From Candidatus Aenigmatarchaeota archaeon (lineage in GTDB: Archaea > Aenigmatarchaeota > Aenigmatarchaeia > PWEA01 > JACQIF01), in assembly GCA_016432325.1 (NCBI GenBank), contig CP066684.1:736001-800000 (forward strand): 64,000 nucleotides of DNA. Direction: 5' to 3'. Made by a program: the position numbers and the translations under genes. The notes beneath the pieces are model-generated. The model had not been told where the DNA came from, made no database searches, and was given only the letters and a program-made list of their open reading frames with translations. Of this stretch, positions 36,099-46,474 are shown in pieces; the first letter of the stretch is position 1, and every line of letters starts with the position of its first letter.

Positions 36099-37487
36099 CT
36101 ATCCCAGAACCCGTTCGTGCGTCACGCATCCCGGCGACGCCTCGTTGTCATAGATGCTTTTGTCGCCGCGATACTCTTCCCACGATTCGTAGAGTGCTAG
36201 TATTTTCGCTTCAACATCTGCCTTGATGGAATCGTCCATGTACGCGAACGGGCACAGATGTTCGGGTTGGGCGCCGCCGTGCAGGATGCCTATCTCCACG
36301 AGGCCCAGACCGTCGTAATTATCCTTGTCATGCGGGCTTACATCGGCGATTATCTGGCCCGCGGTGACGCGGTCGCCTGGGCTGACGCGCACGTTGGTGA
36401 CGTGCTCGGTTTCGTAGATCCATTGGCTTCCTTCGTTCGCGGCCACGTGCACGGAGTAGTCGCCGCTGTACAGCTCGGGAACGCCCACCACGACGCCGTC
36501 GACGAGCGAACGCACGCGCGTGCCCATGGGGACGCGGAACGTCGGCTGCGGGCTCACCTTGTCATCGCCTGTCGAAGTCACGCTGCCGGAAATAATGTAG
36601 CCGTACGGCGAGAAGAGCTGGTTGATGGTCATCTCGGCCTTGGTGAATTGGAAGTCGCCCGCGCGATTCGTTTTTGAATCGTAATAGTCGAGGTCGACGC
36701 CGATTGATTTCAGTTTCAATGGAGGTTCGTTGGCGTTTATTGGGGACTCCTGTTGCTTGCGTACTCTCGCATCCGTGCCTAACTCGTAACAAAGCCTCGG
36801 TCCGTTAGGGTATTCGGCTTCGTCGAGCAGTCCTTTGTACTCGTAATAGCCTTCCGACTCCGATGTCTCCCACAGCTTGACGAACGCCGGGTCAGCGCGC
36901 AACTCTTCGAACTTGTCTTCGAGGGCTCGTTGAGCACCCGGTTCCACCAGCGATACCCAACAAGCGGCATCCTTGTAAAACGCGTAATCGTTGAACGCGT
37001 ACTCCAGACCAAGGTGGTTGTTGCCGAACATTATCGCGCTTTCGCCTATCTTCTCGCCCTTTTTCACGCTGCTGCCAACGTCCAGTTCTCCGAGCAGTTC
37101 TATATGCTCGTACTTGAAGATCCACCCTTCTCCGTCTGCGACCGGAGCTATCAGGATGTCAACCACGGTCCCGCCTTGCCCGTCTTCTTTCTCGTTGTAG
37201 ATTATCTCTCCGTCTGCTACGGCGTAAATGGGATCTCCTTTATGGATTGTGAAGTCGATTCCTCCGTGTCCGATGCCGCCGTCTTTTGAGCCCCGGATAA
37301 CGCCGAAAGGGCTAATCATCTCTCCCGCATGCAAATCTTCTACATCGAAGGGCAAAGCCAGGCCGGTCGGTACTTTTTGAGCGTTCCCACCAGCCGCAAT
37401 ATAATCAGACGTCTCTCCCTGGCGCTCGCCGGCAACGCAGCCAGACACGAAGAGCAGAACGACGAACAAGACGTATTGTCTGTCCAT
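36099..37487 (-). CDS. Lipoprotein with two M23-like peptidase domains
   Basis: Lipobox VSGC; HGGIDF (HxxxD), IYAVADG, YEHI, VKKGEKIG; second domain degenerate. Confidence 0.7.
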   Translation of the reverse strand: MDRQYVLFVVLLFVSGCVAGERQGETSDYIAAGGNAQKVPTGLALPFDVEDLHAGEMISPFGVIRGSKDGGIGHGGIDFTIHKGDPIYAVADGEIIYNEKEDGQGGTVVDILIAPVADGEGWIFKYEHIELLGELDVGSSVKKGEKIGESAIMFGNNHLGLEYAFNDYAFYKDAACWVSLVEPGAQRALEDKFEELRADPAFVKLWETSESEGYYEYKGLLDEAEYPNGPRLCYELGTDARVRKQQESPINANEPPLKLKSIGVDLDYYDSKTNRAGDFQFTKAEMTINQLFSPYGYIISGSVTSTGDDKVSPQPTFRVPMGTRVRSLVDGVVVGVPELYSGDYSVHVAANEGSQWIYETEHVTNVRVSPGDRVTAGQIIADVSPHDKDNYDGLGLVEIGILHGGAQPEHLCPFAYMDDSIKADVEAKILALYESWEEYRGDKSIYDNEASPGCVTHERVLG

Positions 37488-38869
37488 CAACTCTGCCTCA
37501 GGGCACCGTTTATTTTTTCCAGATCCAATACTTTCTGCCAAGTCTTTCCGGAATCCGGCGATTTCCAGACATGGGCATCCGTACCGCTCATGTATATTGT
37601 GCCCGCGTCGTTGGGGTCCCATACGATATTTGAAATGCGCACGTTGGTGTTGTCTATCTCGTCCGGCTGAGCGACAGGCTGCCAGGTTCTTCCCGCGTCG
37701 TAGCTTTCCACAAGATCGCCGTCGGCGTACCAAGGCGAGTAGCCTATTATGTGGTCGCCCTCAGAATCGTGCGGGTCGTAACGTCCAACCCAGACGAATA
37801 CCGGAGTTTGTTCGAATGTGTCTCCTCTGTCCATGGATACAAAGCTTTTCTGTTCCGCATCGCTTGGGAATTTGTCACCAAAGAGGAAAGGCCTTACAAA
37901 GACATGGTCGAAATTTTGCTCTGCAACATCGGCGTCAAAAACGTTTTGGTAAGGGCTCGGCAGCTTTGCGGCCAGTGCCGTCCACGTGCGACCGCCGTCC
38001 ACGGAGCGCATGGGCCCGAACTGCTCGTACGTGAATATCTCTTCGATGTAATCCGGGTGATAGACGTGGGAGTGCGACTGGGTCATCAGCATAATCTCCT
38101 GAGAGCTTTCGCCCACGAAGATCGCCGTTGCCTGCAGGCCGGGCAGCATGCCGCTGTCGACTTCTGCCCACGTCTGTCCCCCGTCAGCCGTCCTGTACAT
38201 AGGCCCTTTCTCGTTGATGACTTCTTTGTGAGGCGCCTCATTGAACGTGGCGGGATCCGAGTTCACGCCGTAGTATATTACCATTGGGTCGTTGGGGTCA
38301 AGTGCAATCGCTCCGGTGCCTCCGGCATTCATGTCGCCATGCACGATCTGGTGCCACGACTTGCCTCCGTCAAGTGTCTCCCAGATGCCCGCCGTTTCGG
38401 AATAAGACCAGTCTATCGGGCCGGTGGAAACATCCGCCGGGGCCAGCAAAAGCCGTTGGCTGTTGGCGGGATCCATGACCATTCCGGCCATGTCCGGATA
38501 GCACTTTTGCGTCAGGTCCTTGTTGTCCGGATATGCAAGAATGCCGTTCGAACTCGGTTTCCACGTCGCGCCTGCGTCGGTTGACTTGAAGATGCCTTTC
38601 CCCTCGACGCCCACGTATAGCACGCGCCCGGAAGGATCGATAACCAGGCTGTTTCTGGTATCGTAAGTATTTTCGAAGCTGCAGTCGATGCCGCCGGCTC
38701 GTAACGTTTGCTTGTGGGAAGCCAGAGGATCGTCGGAATGGACCGTTTCCCCGACGGTTTCGTTTTCCGGTGCCTCTGCGCCGGCTTCGCCTTCGATTTC
38801 CTGCGTTTCGTTCGGCGCAGAAACACAGCCGCTGATAAGAACTATGAGAATGACAAGAGCCAACTTCAT
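37487..38869 (-). CDS. Lipoprotein, BNR/Asp-box beta-propeller (GH74/sialidase-like fold)
   Basis: Lipobox ISGC; repeated SxDxGxTW. Confidence 0.8.
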   Translation of the reverse strand: MKLALVILIVLISGCVSAPNETQEIEGEAGAEAPENETVGETVHSDDPLASHKQTLRAGGIDCSFENTYDTRNSLVIDPSGRVLYVGVEGKGIFKSTDAGATWKPSSNGILAYPDNKDLTQKCYPDMAGMVMDPANSQRLLLAPADVSTGPIDWSYSETAGIWETLDGGKSWHQIVHGDMNAGGTGAIALDPNDPMVIYYGVNSDPATFNEAPHKEVINEKGPMYRTADGGQTWAEVDSGMLPGLQATAIFVGESSQEIMLMTQSHSHVYHPDYIEEIFTYEQFGPMRSVDGGRTWTALAAKLPSPYQNVFDADVAEQNFDHVFVRPFLFGDKFPSDAEQKSFVSMDRGDTFEQTPVFVWVGRYDPHDSEGDHIIGYSPWYADGDLVESYDAGRTWQPVAQPDEIDNTNVRISNIVWDPNDAGTIYMSGTDAHVWKSPDSGKTWQKVLDLEKINGALRQS

Positions 38870-38911
38870 ACGGAAAAATATCCCCCGGAGTATAAATCCG
38901 CGGTTCGCAGG

Positions 38912-39532
38912 TCAATGGCCTTCCGGATCATCACCGGACGAATCCGGCGCGGTGCGCGTCAGTTTCTTTTTCACAACAGCGGTTCCTCCCGCCTTGTACG
39001 TCAGGTCGATACTAACGGACTGCTCCCCGCTTACGTCGCCGAACCTGTAATGGTAGTGCACCTTGCCTTTCTGGCCCGGCTCAAGCACGAGCGGCTCGCC
39101 TTTGTAATAATCGGGGTGCATGTTGACGTAGTCGATCCTCTCCCAGCTCTGTCGAGAAGGAAACGCCTCCCACGTGCCGCTGTACTGTTCGTATGTGCGC
39201 CCGCCGGCAGTAAACGTCATCTCCACAGACACGATGGATACGCGCTCCCCTCCTTCGTTATAAATGAGCATCTCCGACTCGTCGCCTTTCAGCGAATACG
39301 TCGAGGGCCAGTAGTGCTCCATGGAAACGCCGTCTTTTGAAAAGAAAATCTGTTCGGTTTGGACTGGCGAGCTCTCTTCCCTAACTTCTGTGCCTGACCC
39401 GTTTGTCGAGACATCCACCGACGCGGGGTCGTCTACTGCAGGAGCATTCTCATCCGCGTACCCGTTAGGCGTTCCACCAGAGACACATCCCGCAACGAGG
39501 ACAACCAGCACGAATGTTGCAACCATTTTCAT
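38912..39532 (-). CDS. Hypothetical lipoprotein
   Basis: Lipobox VAGC. Confidence 0.7.
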   Translation of the reverse strand: MKMVATFVLVVLVAGCVSGGTPNGYADENAPAVDDPASVDVSTNGSGTEVREESSPVQTEQIFFSKDGVSMEHYWPSTYSLKGDESEMLIYNEGGERVSIVSVEMTFTAGGRTYEQYSGTWEAFPSRQSWERIDYVNMHPDYYKGEPLVLEPGQKGKVHYHYRFGDVSGEQSVSIDLTYKAGGTAVVKKKLTRTAPDSSGDDPEGH

Positions 39533-39538
39533 ATGTCA

Positions 39539-40654
39539 CTACCTGTAGTAGGTTTTTGAAGATGCGGGCAGAGCCGATGGGCAGGATCCAGAATCGCTAT
39601 ATGCGAACTTCATCTCTGTGGCAGAGACAACCTTGAAGAACGCGTATCCCCCGTCCGTCCTGTAGCAATGTTCGCTTGTTATCTTGGCCGGGTCCTTGTT
39701 CGTGGGTTCGTCGGCTTGAATATCCAAGCGCCGGTTATCGACCTGATGGACAACGGTTTCTCCGGCAGAGTTCCTGAAAACCGACAGCGGGCTCGCGTAG
39801 ATCCCGTCCAGTTCTTCGCGCAACCCCGTTTCCGCATCGGGCGAGAAGTGCCACATACCGGAGAGCGTTCCTGAGACGTCTCTGGAAGCGGTCCCGCATG
39901 TCTGCGACTGCCCGGCGCGGCTGTAACCCATGAGGTCCATGTACTCGCGTTTTAAGTCTTCTGGGTAGAAATCAAACGGACAGCGCGCCGTTAGCAGACG
40001 CCTGCCCGCCTCATCCTTCGTTAATCTTTCCCTATTGGCGAAATTGTTTTCTTGCGTCGCGTCGGTAAGGTAGATGTTCCAGTTGTGCGCCAGCGAAGTG
40101 CCGCTGGTGTAGGCGACAACTTCGCCCGCTTTGACCGCGAGAGGTTTCGTTAGGAACTGGTCACGCGAGTCGCTGCTGGGAGTTCTTGTCGTAGCGTCCA
40201 TTACCCCATCGCTGGCGCGCGTTATGTGGTCGTATTTGAGCACCACGTCGGGAGAAACCCTGAAGTGAAGAACCCAACCTTTCTCTCCTCCAGAGCTCCA
40301 GTAAGCGTATCGTTCGAGAATCATATCTGTCGGCGCACGCACCTCGATTTCGTTGTTGTTCGCGTACGCCTCTGGCTTGAGATTGACCATAACGCCGCCA
40401 ATGGTCTGCGCCTCCGAATAGCCTCCGTTGAGTTCACCCAACGGCGTGATGTGGCTGGCGAAATCGGGGTCGAATATCTCGTGCGTGAAGACGAGCGGTG
40501 CTTCGAGAGCGTTTTGCGAAACCTCTTCCACAACATTGGAAACGTCCGAACTGTTTTCCGGTCGCTCCGGTTCCGATTCTCCCCATTGTCTGGTTTCACC
40601 GGAAAGGCAACCAGAGACAAGAACAGCGGCGAGCAGAATGGCTACCATTTTCAT
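39539..40654 (-). CDS. Lipoprotein with a degenerate M23-like domain
   Basis: Lipobox VSGC; EVRAPTD, KYDHI, VKAGEVVA. Confidence 0.6.
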   Translation of the reverse strand: MKMVAILLAAVLVSGCLSGETRQWGESEPERPENSSDVSNVVEEVSQNALEAPLVFTHEIFDPDFASHITPLGELNGGYSEAQTIGGVMVNLKPEAYANNNEIEVRAPTDMILERYAYWSSGGEKGWVLHFRVSPDVVLKYDHITRASDGVMDATTRTPSSDSRDQFLTKPLAVKAGEVVAYTSGTSLAHNWNIYLTDATQENNFANRERLTKDEAGRRLLTARCPFDFYPEDLKREYMDLMGYSRAGQSQTCGTASRDVSGTLSGMWHFSPDAETGLREELDGIYASPLSVFRNSAGETVVHQVDNRRLDIQADEPTNKDPAKITSEHCYRTDGGYAFFKVVSATEMKFAYSDSGSCPSALPASSKTYYR

Positions 40655-40834
40655 AGACCGTTGACGTGAAGCCCTGAAGATAAGCTTGCGGCGCCCGCTT
40701 TAACAGAGGTAATACCGAACAGTGTGTTATGGAGCCCCGGGTGAGGCGCCCACCCAGAATGTGGAACCTTTACTATGTCACTAAAATCCGACACTGATTA
40801 TTGTATGTGTTTGTATTTATAGATTATCGGTGGA

Positions 40835-41212
40835 ATGAGATACATGGACGTCAAAATCACGACATCGGAGAAAGTTGTCATCGCAAGCGGGGCTTTCATC
40901 ACATTCAACGAGAAACCTAGCGTGGTTTCTATGACTCACGAAGGCGAAACGTTGAATCTAGAATTATATTTCATACACGACGATGACACAAAAGAACGCC
41001 GTGTTGAGTACAAACCAAATGAACAGAAGACCGCTCTAATCGTGAAATTGTTCAACTTCAGTAGTGGTCTTGGGACCAGTTTCGGAAAGCCCATTGAAAT
41101 AGGAACAATAAACGAGAAACCAATATACTTGCAGCTCCATGTAAAATCTCTTTCTAAAGCGACGAAGGAGGTTACATACACATTCTACAAAGGTGGTGCG
41201 AATGCCAGCTAG
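40835..41212 (+). CDS. DUF6864-like protein
   Basis: LFNFSSGLGT...PIEIGT...YTFY (family recalled, not searched). Confidence 0.65.
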   Translation: MRYMDVKITTSEKVVIASGAFITFNEKPSVVSMTHEGETLNLELYFIHDDDTKERRVEYKPNEQKTALIVKLFNFSSGLGTSFGKPIEIGTINEKPIYLQLHVKSLSKATKEVTYTFYKGGANAS

Positions 41213-41468
41213 GGAGTCTCGCGAATATCTTAGTGGTAGCCCCGAAATAGTAGATGCACAATTCAAGTATGATCTAGAGAAACACAGGATTAGCGCCTCC
41301 ACAGGAATAGAGAAACAAAGAATCGGAGTCAGTGCCATTATTGCAATTCTACTGACCATGGGGATATTTTTGATTTACTTCACGGACGTCCCTGATGGTG
41401 TTGCAGATAAGCTTCTTGTGGTTCTTACTACCATAATTGGTTTCTTGGTTGGTCAGAGCAAAGGTTAA
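41202..41468 (+). CDS. Small 2-TM protein
   Basis: Overlaps the previous stop; two hydrophobic helices. Confidence 0.6.
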   Translation: MPARESREYLSGSPEIVDAQFKYDLEKHRISASTGIEKQRIGVSAIIAILLTMGIFLIYFTDVPDGVADKLLVVLTTIIGFLVGQSKG

Positions 41469-41712
41469 CTTGACATTCTTTGCTCACGTGCTGACATTAT
41501 TCGACATTCAACGAAGAGAGATGTAAATATATCTGGTTAGAAAGAATGCCCGTGCGGGGCACGGAACGCGGTACAGAAAAATTATGTACCGACAACCAAA
41601 GGCCGTCGAACAAATAGCTTTTGTATTGTTGGTATATAAAGTTTTTGACTCGCTTCACCTTCCAATAAAATCTATTGGCTGCGGAAGTGTCCTGCACGGA
41701 GCAGTGGTAGCT

Positions 41713-41865
41713 ATGTCGCTACCGATAAAGATAGGTGTAGGCGCCGTCGGTCTGGCGGCTGTCCTAGGGGCCGGTTCAATTCTATTGGCCGGATTAAATG
41801 TACCACAGTGGTCAGTTTTCTTGCTGGCCGCCTTGGTGGTGTTTGTACTCGGAAGAGTCTTGTAG
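41713..41865 (+). CDS. Small 2-TM protein
   Basis: MSLPIKIGVGAVG...; hydrophobic. Confidence 0.45.
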   Translation: MSLPIKIGVGAVGLAAVLGAGSILLAGLNVPQWSVFLLAALVVFVLGRVL

Positions 41866-41910
41866 ACACGGGTACTGGGGCCTACGGGCCCCACCCCATC
41901 TATAAAATTC

Positions 41911-42153
41911 TCAGTTTGTCTTGATGTCTTTGTATCTATCGGGCAACTTCAACGTCTCCACTTCTCCGTCGTCGAGGCTCGGAAACATCGCATCGTAAAA
42001 ACAATCCACATACCTCACGAACGGTCTCCCTTTCTTTACTTCTTCGAACAACATTTCATCTCGTGCTTCTTCCATCTCCAACCACCTCGATATAACACTG
42101 TTATACCTTCTCGCTCGCGTATGGCGCCAATCCGTAAAGTCCCTGCGCAACAT
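41911..42153 (-). CDS. Small hypothetical protein (start uncertain)
   Basis: ORF downstream of the wHTH gene. Confidence 0.4.
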   Translation of the reverse strand: MLRRDFTDWRHTRARRYNSVISRWLEMEEARDEMLFEEVKKGRPFVRYVDCFYDAMFPSLDDGEVETLKLPDRYKDIKTN

Positions 42154-42802
42154 CGCCCGGCGACGGCACGGTCGGCCTCAAATGCTTCAAGCCGACGAGC
42201 AGCTCGCGCGGTCTTTCAAGCGCGTCGCACATCTCGACCGCGCGGCTGTCTATCTGCGAGCGCGTCGTCATCGCGTCCGTGCCGCGCGCAAGGGCGAGTA
42301 TGAAAAACTTCGTGAGCACGTCCAGCATGTTCATGGACTTCACGGTCTTGAGGCCGCGCTGATCACCAAAGAATGCGGCAGTCAGCATCGCCTTCTGCGT
42401 CTCTTCGCTGAACAGGAACTTTTCCAGAAGTGCATAATCTTTCTTTGTCGGGAATCGCGCCTTCGCTCCATTAAGCCGTTTGTGCGCTTCAGACACCTCA
42501 TCCTCCCAGTACTCCCATAGCGGTTTCAACGTTGAACGATAGAAGACCATCCTTCCATAGCGGCCGCGTGTGACGCGCTCCAGCTTTCGCACGCCCTCGA
42601 CCTGCTTTCTATACTCTTCCCTTGAGAGCTGAACCTCTTTCACGTAGCCGCGTTTCCTCAACCACGCGATCTCGTGTACGAGCGTTTTCTTTGACGAGCG
42701 CACAGTCTTTTGCATAACCTTTACGCACGAGGGCACGAAGAGCATCATCAGGTACATACTGCTTGTTATAGGTTTCTCAAGCCGTTCATATTGTCGCGCC
42801 AT
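42101..42802 (-). CDS. Putative winged-HTH regulator
   Basis: KKTLVHEIAWLRKRGYV; divergent from the small-gene operon. Confidence 0.55.
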   Translation of the reverse strand: MARQYERLEKPITSSMYLMMLFVPSCVKVMQKTVRSSKKTLVHEIAWLRKRGYVKEVQLSREEYRKQVEGVRKLERVTRGRYGRMVFYRSTLKPLWEYWEDEVSEAHKRLNGAKARFPTKKDYALLEKFLFSEETQKAMLTAAFFGDQRGLKTVKSMNMLDVLTKFFILALARGTDAMTTRSQIDSRAVEMCDALERPRELLVGLKHLRPTVPSPGDVAQGLYGLAPYASEKV

Positions 42803-42840
42803 ATCACCACTAGCGGTGGTGAAGAAGATATACTCTCTGT

Positions 42841-42878
42841 CTTAAGGTTACCATACGATACCCTACGGTAACCCTAAG
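42841..42878. promoter_or_regulatory. Inverted repeat between divergent promoters
   Basis: CTTAAGGTTACC / GGTAACCCTAAG (11 of 12 match), flanked by TATA-like boxes. Confidence 0.55.
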
Positions 42879-42916
42879 CTCTGTCAACTATATACTGCGC
42901 GCGGCACTAAACTGGT

Positions 42917-43159
42917 ATGGCCAAAGTCCGCACGACGTACAGCCTCAACGTGGAGACCGTCGCGAAGCTCCGCGAGGCGGCCACTATTTCTAAACAGCCG
43001 ATGTCGCGGCTCGTCGAAACCTCCGTCCTTGAGATGTCCAAGCAAATAATCCGCGCGAACGGAAACGCCCCGAAGAAAACCGGGGAGGAATCGCCCGTTT
43101 CTCCCCAGGCTCTTTCTCTCATCAGGCAACTGCTTTTCAGAACGGGAGTCTTGAGGTGA
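42917..43159 (+). CDS. Ribbon-helix-helix (CopG-like) protein
   Basis: KVRTTYSLNVETVAKLREAA...MSRLVE. Confidence 0.65.
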   Translation: MAKVRTTYSLNVETVAKLREAATISKQPMSRLVETSVLEMSKQIIRANGNAPKKTGEESPVSPQALSLIRQLLFRTGVLR

Positions 43160-43163
43160 TGGT

Positions 43164-43259
43164 GTGGAATTTGCAACGCTGGCCGAGCTTTTCGAGTATG
43201 TGGAGAAGGAGGCGGGAAGGCGGGTCGAAGAGATGAAGAGAGGTGGGAAGTGTGGTTGA
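43164..43259 (+). CDS. 31-aa peptide (MEFATLAELFEYVEKEAG...)
   Basis: GAGGTGA RBS, GTG start, overlaps the next gene. Confidence 0.4.
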   Translation: MEFATLAELFEYVEKEAGRRVEEMKRGGKCG

Positions 43260-43557
43260 GGGTGTCATAAAACAGTCGGTGGATGTGCGCGGGCTCTTGG
43301 AAGCGGGGCTTCGTGAGTCCGACATTCTGATAATCGCTGTGGCCAACGGCGATCCATGCATTGGACCGCGCGGGATAGCAAAACTGTTGAACGTTCAGGC
43401 GCAGGCCGTGAGCAAGAGGATGAAAAGTCTGGAGAAGTTTGGCTACATCAGGCCGTCGGAGTTTCGTGCGGCTATGTATTCGAAGGAGGTGGCTGCATGC
43501 AACAACGGACATTCTGGGCAGCAGAAAGACGAAAGGATTCTCTGGCCCAAACAATGA
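43252..43557 (+). CDS. HTH protein
   Basis: IGPRGIAKLLNVQAQAVSKRMKSLEKFGYI. Confidence 0.7.
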   Translation: MVEGVIKQSVDVRGLLEAGLRESDILIIAVANGDPCIGPRGIAKLLNVQAQAVSKRMKSLEKFGYIRPSEFRAAMYSKEVAACNNGHSGQQKDERILWPKQ

Positions 43558-43718
43558 GGATTTTGAAGGCGCTGGGACGCGTGGAACGGCCTAAAGGCGT
43601 TGCCGTTGTTTCGGTGAATCTTGGCGTGACGATAGCAAAGGCTTCGGAGTATATTCGCGTGATGGAGATGTACGGAAGCCTTCGGGTGGAAAACAATTTC
43701 GTTGAGGTGATTCGGTGA
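43554..43718 (+). CDS. Small HTH protein
   Basis: ATGA overlap; VSVNLGVTIAKASEYI. Confidence 0.5.
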   Translation: MRILKALGRVERPKGVAVVSVNLGVTIAKASEYIRVMEMYGSLRVENNFVEVIR

Positions 43719-43909
43719 TAAACGTGTGTGAAGACGAAGGCGAGCAGCGTGTGTATTGTCGCTCGCGACGGAAGATGGTATATGCGCAGAGGATTGTGAT
43801 GCACTATGCGTATAGAAGACCTTCTTGCAAGCACAAGAGATGCTTGGCTCGCGTGAAGGCATTGAGGAAGAGGTACAACAGTATTGCGAATTATTTTGTG
43901 GAGAGATAG
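43715..43909 (+). CDS. Small basic Cys-containing protein
   Basis: GTGA overlap; RBS GAGGTGA. Confidence 0.45.
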   Translation: MINVCEDEGEQRVYCRSRRKMVYAQRIVMHYAYRRPSCKHKRCLARVKALRKRYNSIANYFVER

Positions 43910-43923
43910 GGTTTCCTTATCGG

Positions 43924-44625
43924 TTAGCCACCAAACTGACCCCAATAAGATACCGTGAAATCTTTTCTATCTGTGTCCAGGTTTGTGTAGTCTGAATCTA
44001 AAAGGTCTACCTGAAGTGTATACTCTCCGTCTCTGTCGAACGAGCAATCTAACAACTGTTCTTCATCTGTTATGGTATCACCGGGCGCGACGCTGGGGAA
44101 TGTGCTGAATGAGGGACTTCCCTGGCATACAACTCTGTCTTGGAGGTCATAGACGGTGAAATCAAAACGTGGAGTTATGGTTACGTCTCCTGTGTTTGAT
44201 ACTGTCAAACGTGTCGGCGCTAAGTTTGCATAAAGTAACTGAACACGATCTATCGTAATCTCGGCTTGTCTTACCTTTGTTTGTCCCGTTTCTGCCGGTT
44301 CGTCTGCCCCCGTCTGTGTAGTTATTGATGTCGGAGAAATTCCCGATGAAGCGAACCCCGACATACTGAATAATATCAGAATTACAACAGCCACGCCGAT
44401 TTTGATACCGCGCGACAGTTCTATGTTGGTTTTCTCACCAATGAGTGTATTCGTATATGGTATGATGAAAAGCGACAGAAGTGATATCACTACACCAAGA
44501 GCAGCAGATCCAGTAGCGATGACAGCTAGTCCATCGAAGAAGAATATTATACCAAATATCCAACTCAGAATAAGGCCAACGCTTATTCTTATTTTGGGTT
44601 TCTCCGAAGCATTCGCTTTTGGCAT
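43924..44625 (-). CDS. Membrane protein with an extracellular Ig-like domain
   Basis: 3 TM helices, then a VSNTGD...GEYTLQVDL beta domain. Confidence 0.7.
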   Translation of the reverse strand: MPKANASEKPKIRISVGLILSWIFGIIFFFDGLAVIATGSAALGVVISLLSLFIIPYTNTLIGEKTNIELSRGIKIGVAVVILILFSMSGFASSGISPTSITTQTGADEPAETGQTKVRQAEITIDRVQLLYANLAPTRLTVSNTGDVTITPRFDFTVYDLQDRVVCQGSPSFSTFPSVAPGDTITDEEQLLDCSFDRDGEYTLQVDLLDSDYTNLDTDRKDFTVSYWGQFGG

Positions 44626-44800
44626 ATTACCATCACGATTAATTGGTTAATAAAGCTTGCACGGCGTGTGCATATACCAAAGCGTGTTACCAACTACCAT
44701 ATCGCGCGTATATAGTATTTTCCTATATACACAAAAATTGGGTTCAAGATAGACTTACTTACTGGGTTATGTACACACACGGACGCGGTAAAAGTGTATC

Positions 44801-45748
44801 CTACTTCAGTTCTCTTTTAGCGTCTTGGAGTACTGCCAGATGAGCTACTTTGAAAAAGCCGACGCGCACAGTCTCCATTAAAACTATAGAGAAAACTAAG
44901 AAGACGATCCAGCTCATGAACGCGTCTGTGACAGCAGAAACTTTTGTCGGAGTAACAATTGCCATGACTGAAAGCACAACAAAGAGGATTAGAGATACTT
45001 TCAAAGCGTATTGAATTAATGTATACAAGGCTCTAAAGAACTCGTTTACAAAACGTATAGCTGCTATTTTGCGCTCCCCAACGACACCATGTGAATATTC
45101 GTAATATTTTGTAAGAAATTGAGAGAAGACTGCAGGATTCGTCTTTCTTGTTTTCAATTGTTTCAACATCTTAGTATATGTAGAAAATCCTATATTCGAT
45201 GAGCACTTTTTGATAAATCGTTTAACCAGAGTGTCATTGCAAAACGATTTTAAAAGGAATCGGCGGTCGAGCAAATATTGGATCTCCGACTCCTTGAGAA
45301 TTTTATGTTTGAATATACTATGATAGATCCTGGCGTTATCAGACGCATTCTTTATTATGAAGTCTAGGTCATCTGCAGTTAGGTGTTCTGCACCATCTTC
45401 CAGAAACTTATCCAAACGATTAATATCTACCCTTTGATCGTTCATGATATATTCTATATTTCTCGTTCTCCTTAGAAGGTGTGGGTTTGAGACTAGTAAA
45501 TTCAATAGTATTCCAACACCAAGAGCGATTAAAGCAATCGTGCTTATCGGAACTACAGTGTTGACAAGCACGTAAAGGAAGAATAAGGCCAGGAGCCAGA
45601 ACTCTTGCGTGAGGGTTAATCCATAGCGCCTAGCATATTGTTTCAAGAGTTGGATGATAGGTCTCAGAAGGCTTGAAAAAACCCCACCTAGCTCACTTAT
45701 AGTTTCTTCATTTGGCTCCCTATCATGCGATCTGCTTCTCGATCCCAT
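44801..45748 (-). CDS. Hypothetical membrane protein (2 TM - soluble domain - 2 TM)
   Basis: AT-rich 315-aa ORF. Confidence 0.65.
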   Translation of the reverse strand: MGSRSRSHDREPNEETISELGGVFSSLLRPIIQLLKQYARRYGLTLTQEFWLLALFFLYVLVNTVVPISTIALIALGVGILLNLLVSNPHLLRRTRNIEYIMNDQRVDINRLDKFLEDGAEHLTADDLDFIIKNASDNARIYHSIFKHKILKESEIQYLLDRRFLLKSFCNDTLVKRFIKKCSSNIGFSTYTKMLKQLKTRKTNPAVFSQFLTKYYEYSHGVVGERKIAAIRFVNEFFRALYTLIQYALKVSLILFVVLSVMAIVTPTKVSAVTDAFMSWIVFLVFSIVLMETVRVGFFKVAHLAVLQDAKRELK

Positions 45749-45829
45749 AGTTTATACATACAATGAAGTGATATAAACTAAACGCCGTTTTGCATATGAT
45801 TTAAAGGTGTTTGCACGACATAAGTGGAA

Positions 45830-46474
45830 CTAATTAACCGTAACTTCCAAGTTCTCTCCGTGCGCAACGAAATGTCTCATGTTCCACCACAGATAGCGCA
45901 CGAGCTCTTTATCCGTATTTGGTGTAGCAAGCAGCCTTCGCAATTCGTCCTGCATTAAAGCCCGTGCTCGTTCAACAGACTCCTTGACAGAGTTGCCTTT
46001 AATTAAAGCCTCTATCAAGATTTGCGATGGTTTCAAAAATAGCTTCGCGGTCTCGTCGTGGAGAGGCTTGCTGATCTTGGCGGGCTCATAGAAGAAAACG
46101 AAGTCATCGTCATATCCAATATAGCTTATGGCCCCTGCGTCGACGCTGGCCGGTCCGAGTTTCTTCGCCGAACTACAGGATATCGCATACACAATACGGG
46201 ACTTCAAAACGCCTTCGTTCTCCCCTTTCTGAACTACCGGAATATTTTTATGTCCGGTAACCGTGTTCTCGTCTCCGTGACCATTTAGGACAACAAGCGC
46301 AGGCTCATGCTTCCTCAGCATGCTTTCCACTTCTTCTTTGTTGGCTTTTTCTCGACGCAAATCAAGAACTTTGATTCCTTTACCTTCGGCTAAATCTACG
46401 GTCTCCTTGCACCATGCGGATAGATAATGAGTCGTGTCGTCGTGTTCGGGTCTTGTAACGAGATAGGCTTTCAT
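45830..46474 (-). CDS. Caspase-hemoglobinase-fold (C25/CHAT-like) cysteine protease
   Basis: His-Cys dyad motifs VVLNGHG and YAISCSS; SYIGY. Confidence 0.65.
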   Translation of the reverse strand: MKAYLVTRPEHDDTTHYLSAWCKETVDLAEGKGIKVLDLRREKANKEEVESMLRKHEPALVVLNGHGDENTVTGHKNIPVVQKGENEGVLKSRIVYAISCSSAKKLGPASVDAGAISYIGYDDDFVFFYEPAKISKPLHDETAKLFLKPSQILIEALIKGNSVKESVERARALMQDELRRLLATPNTDKELVRYLWWNMRHFVAHGENLEVTVN

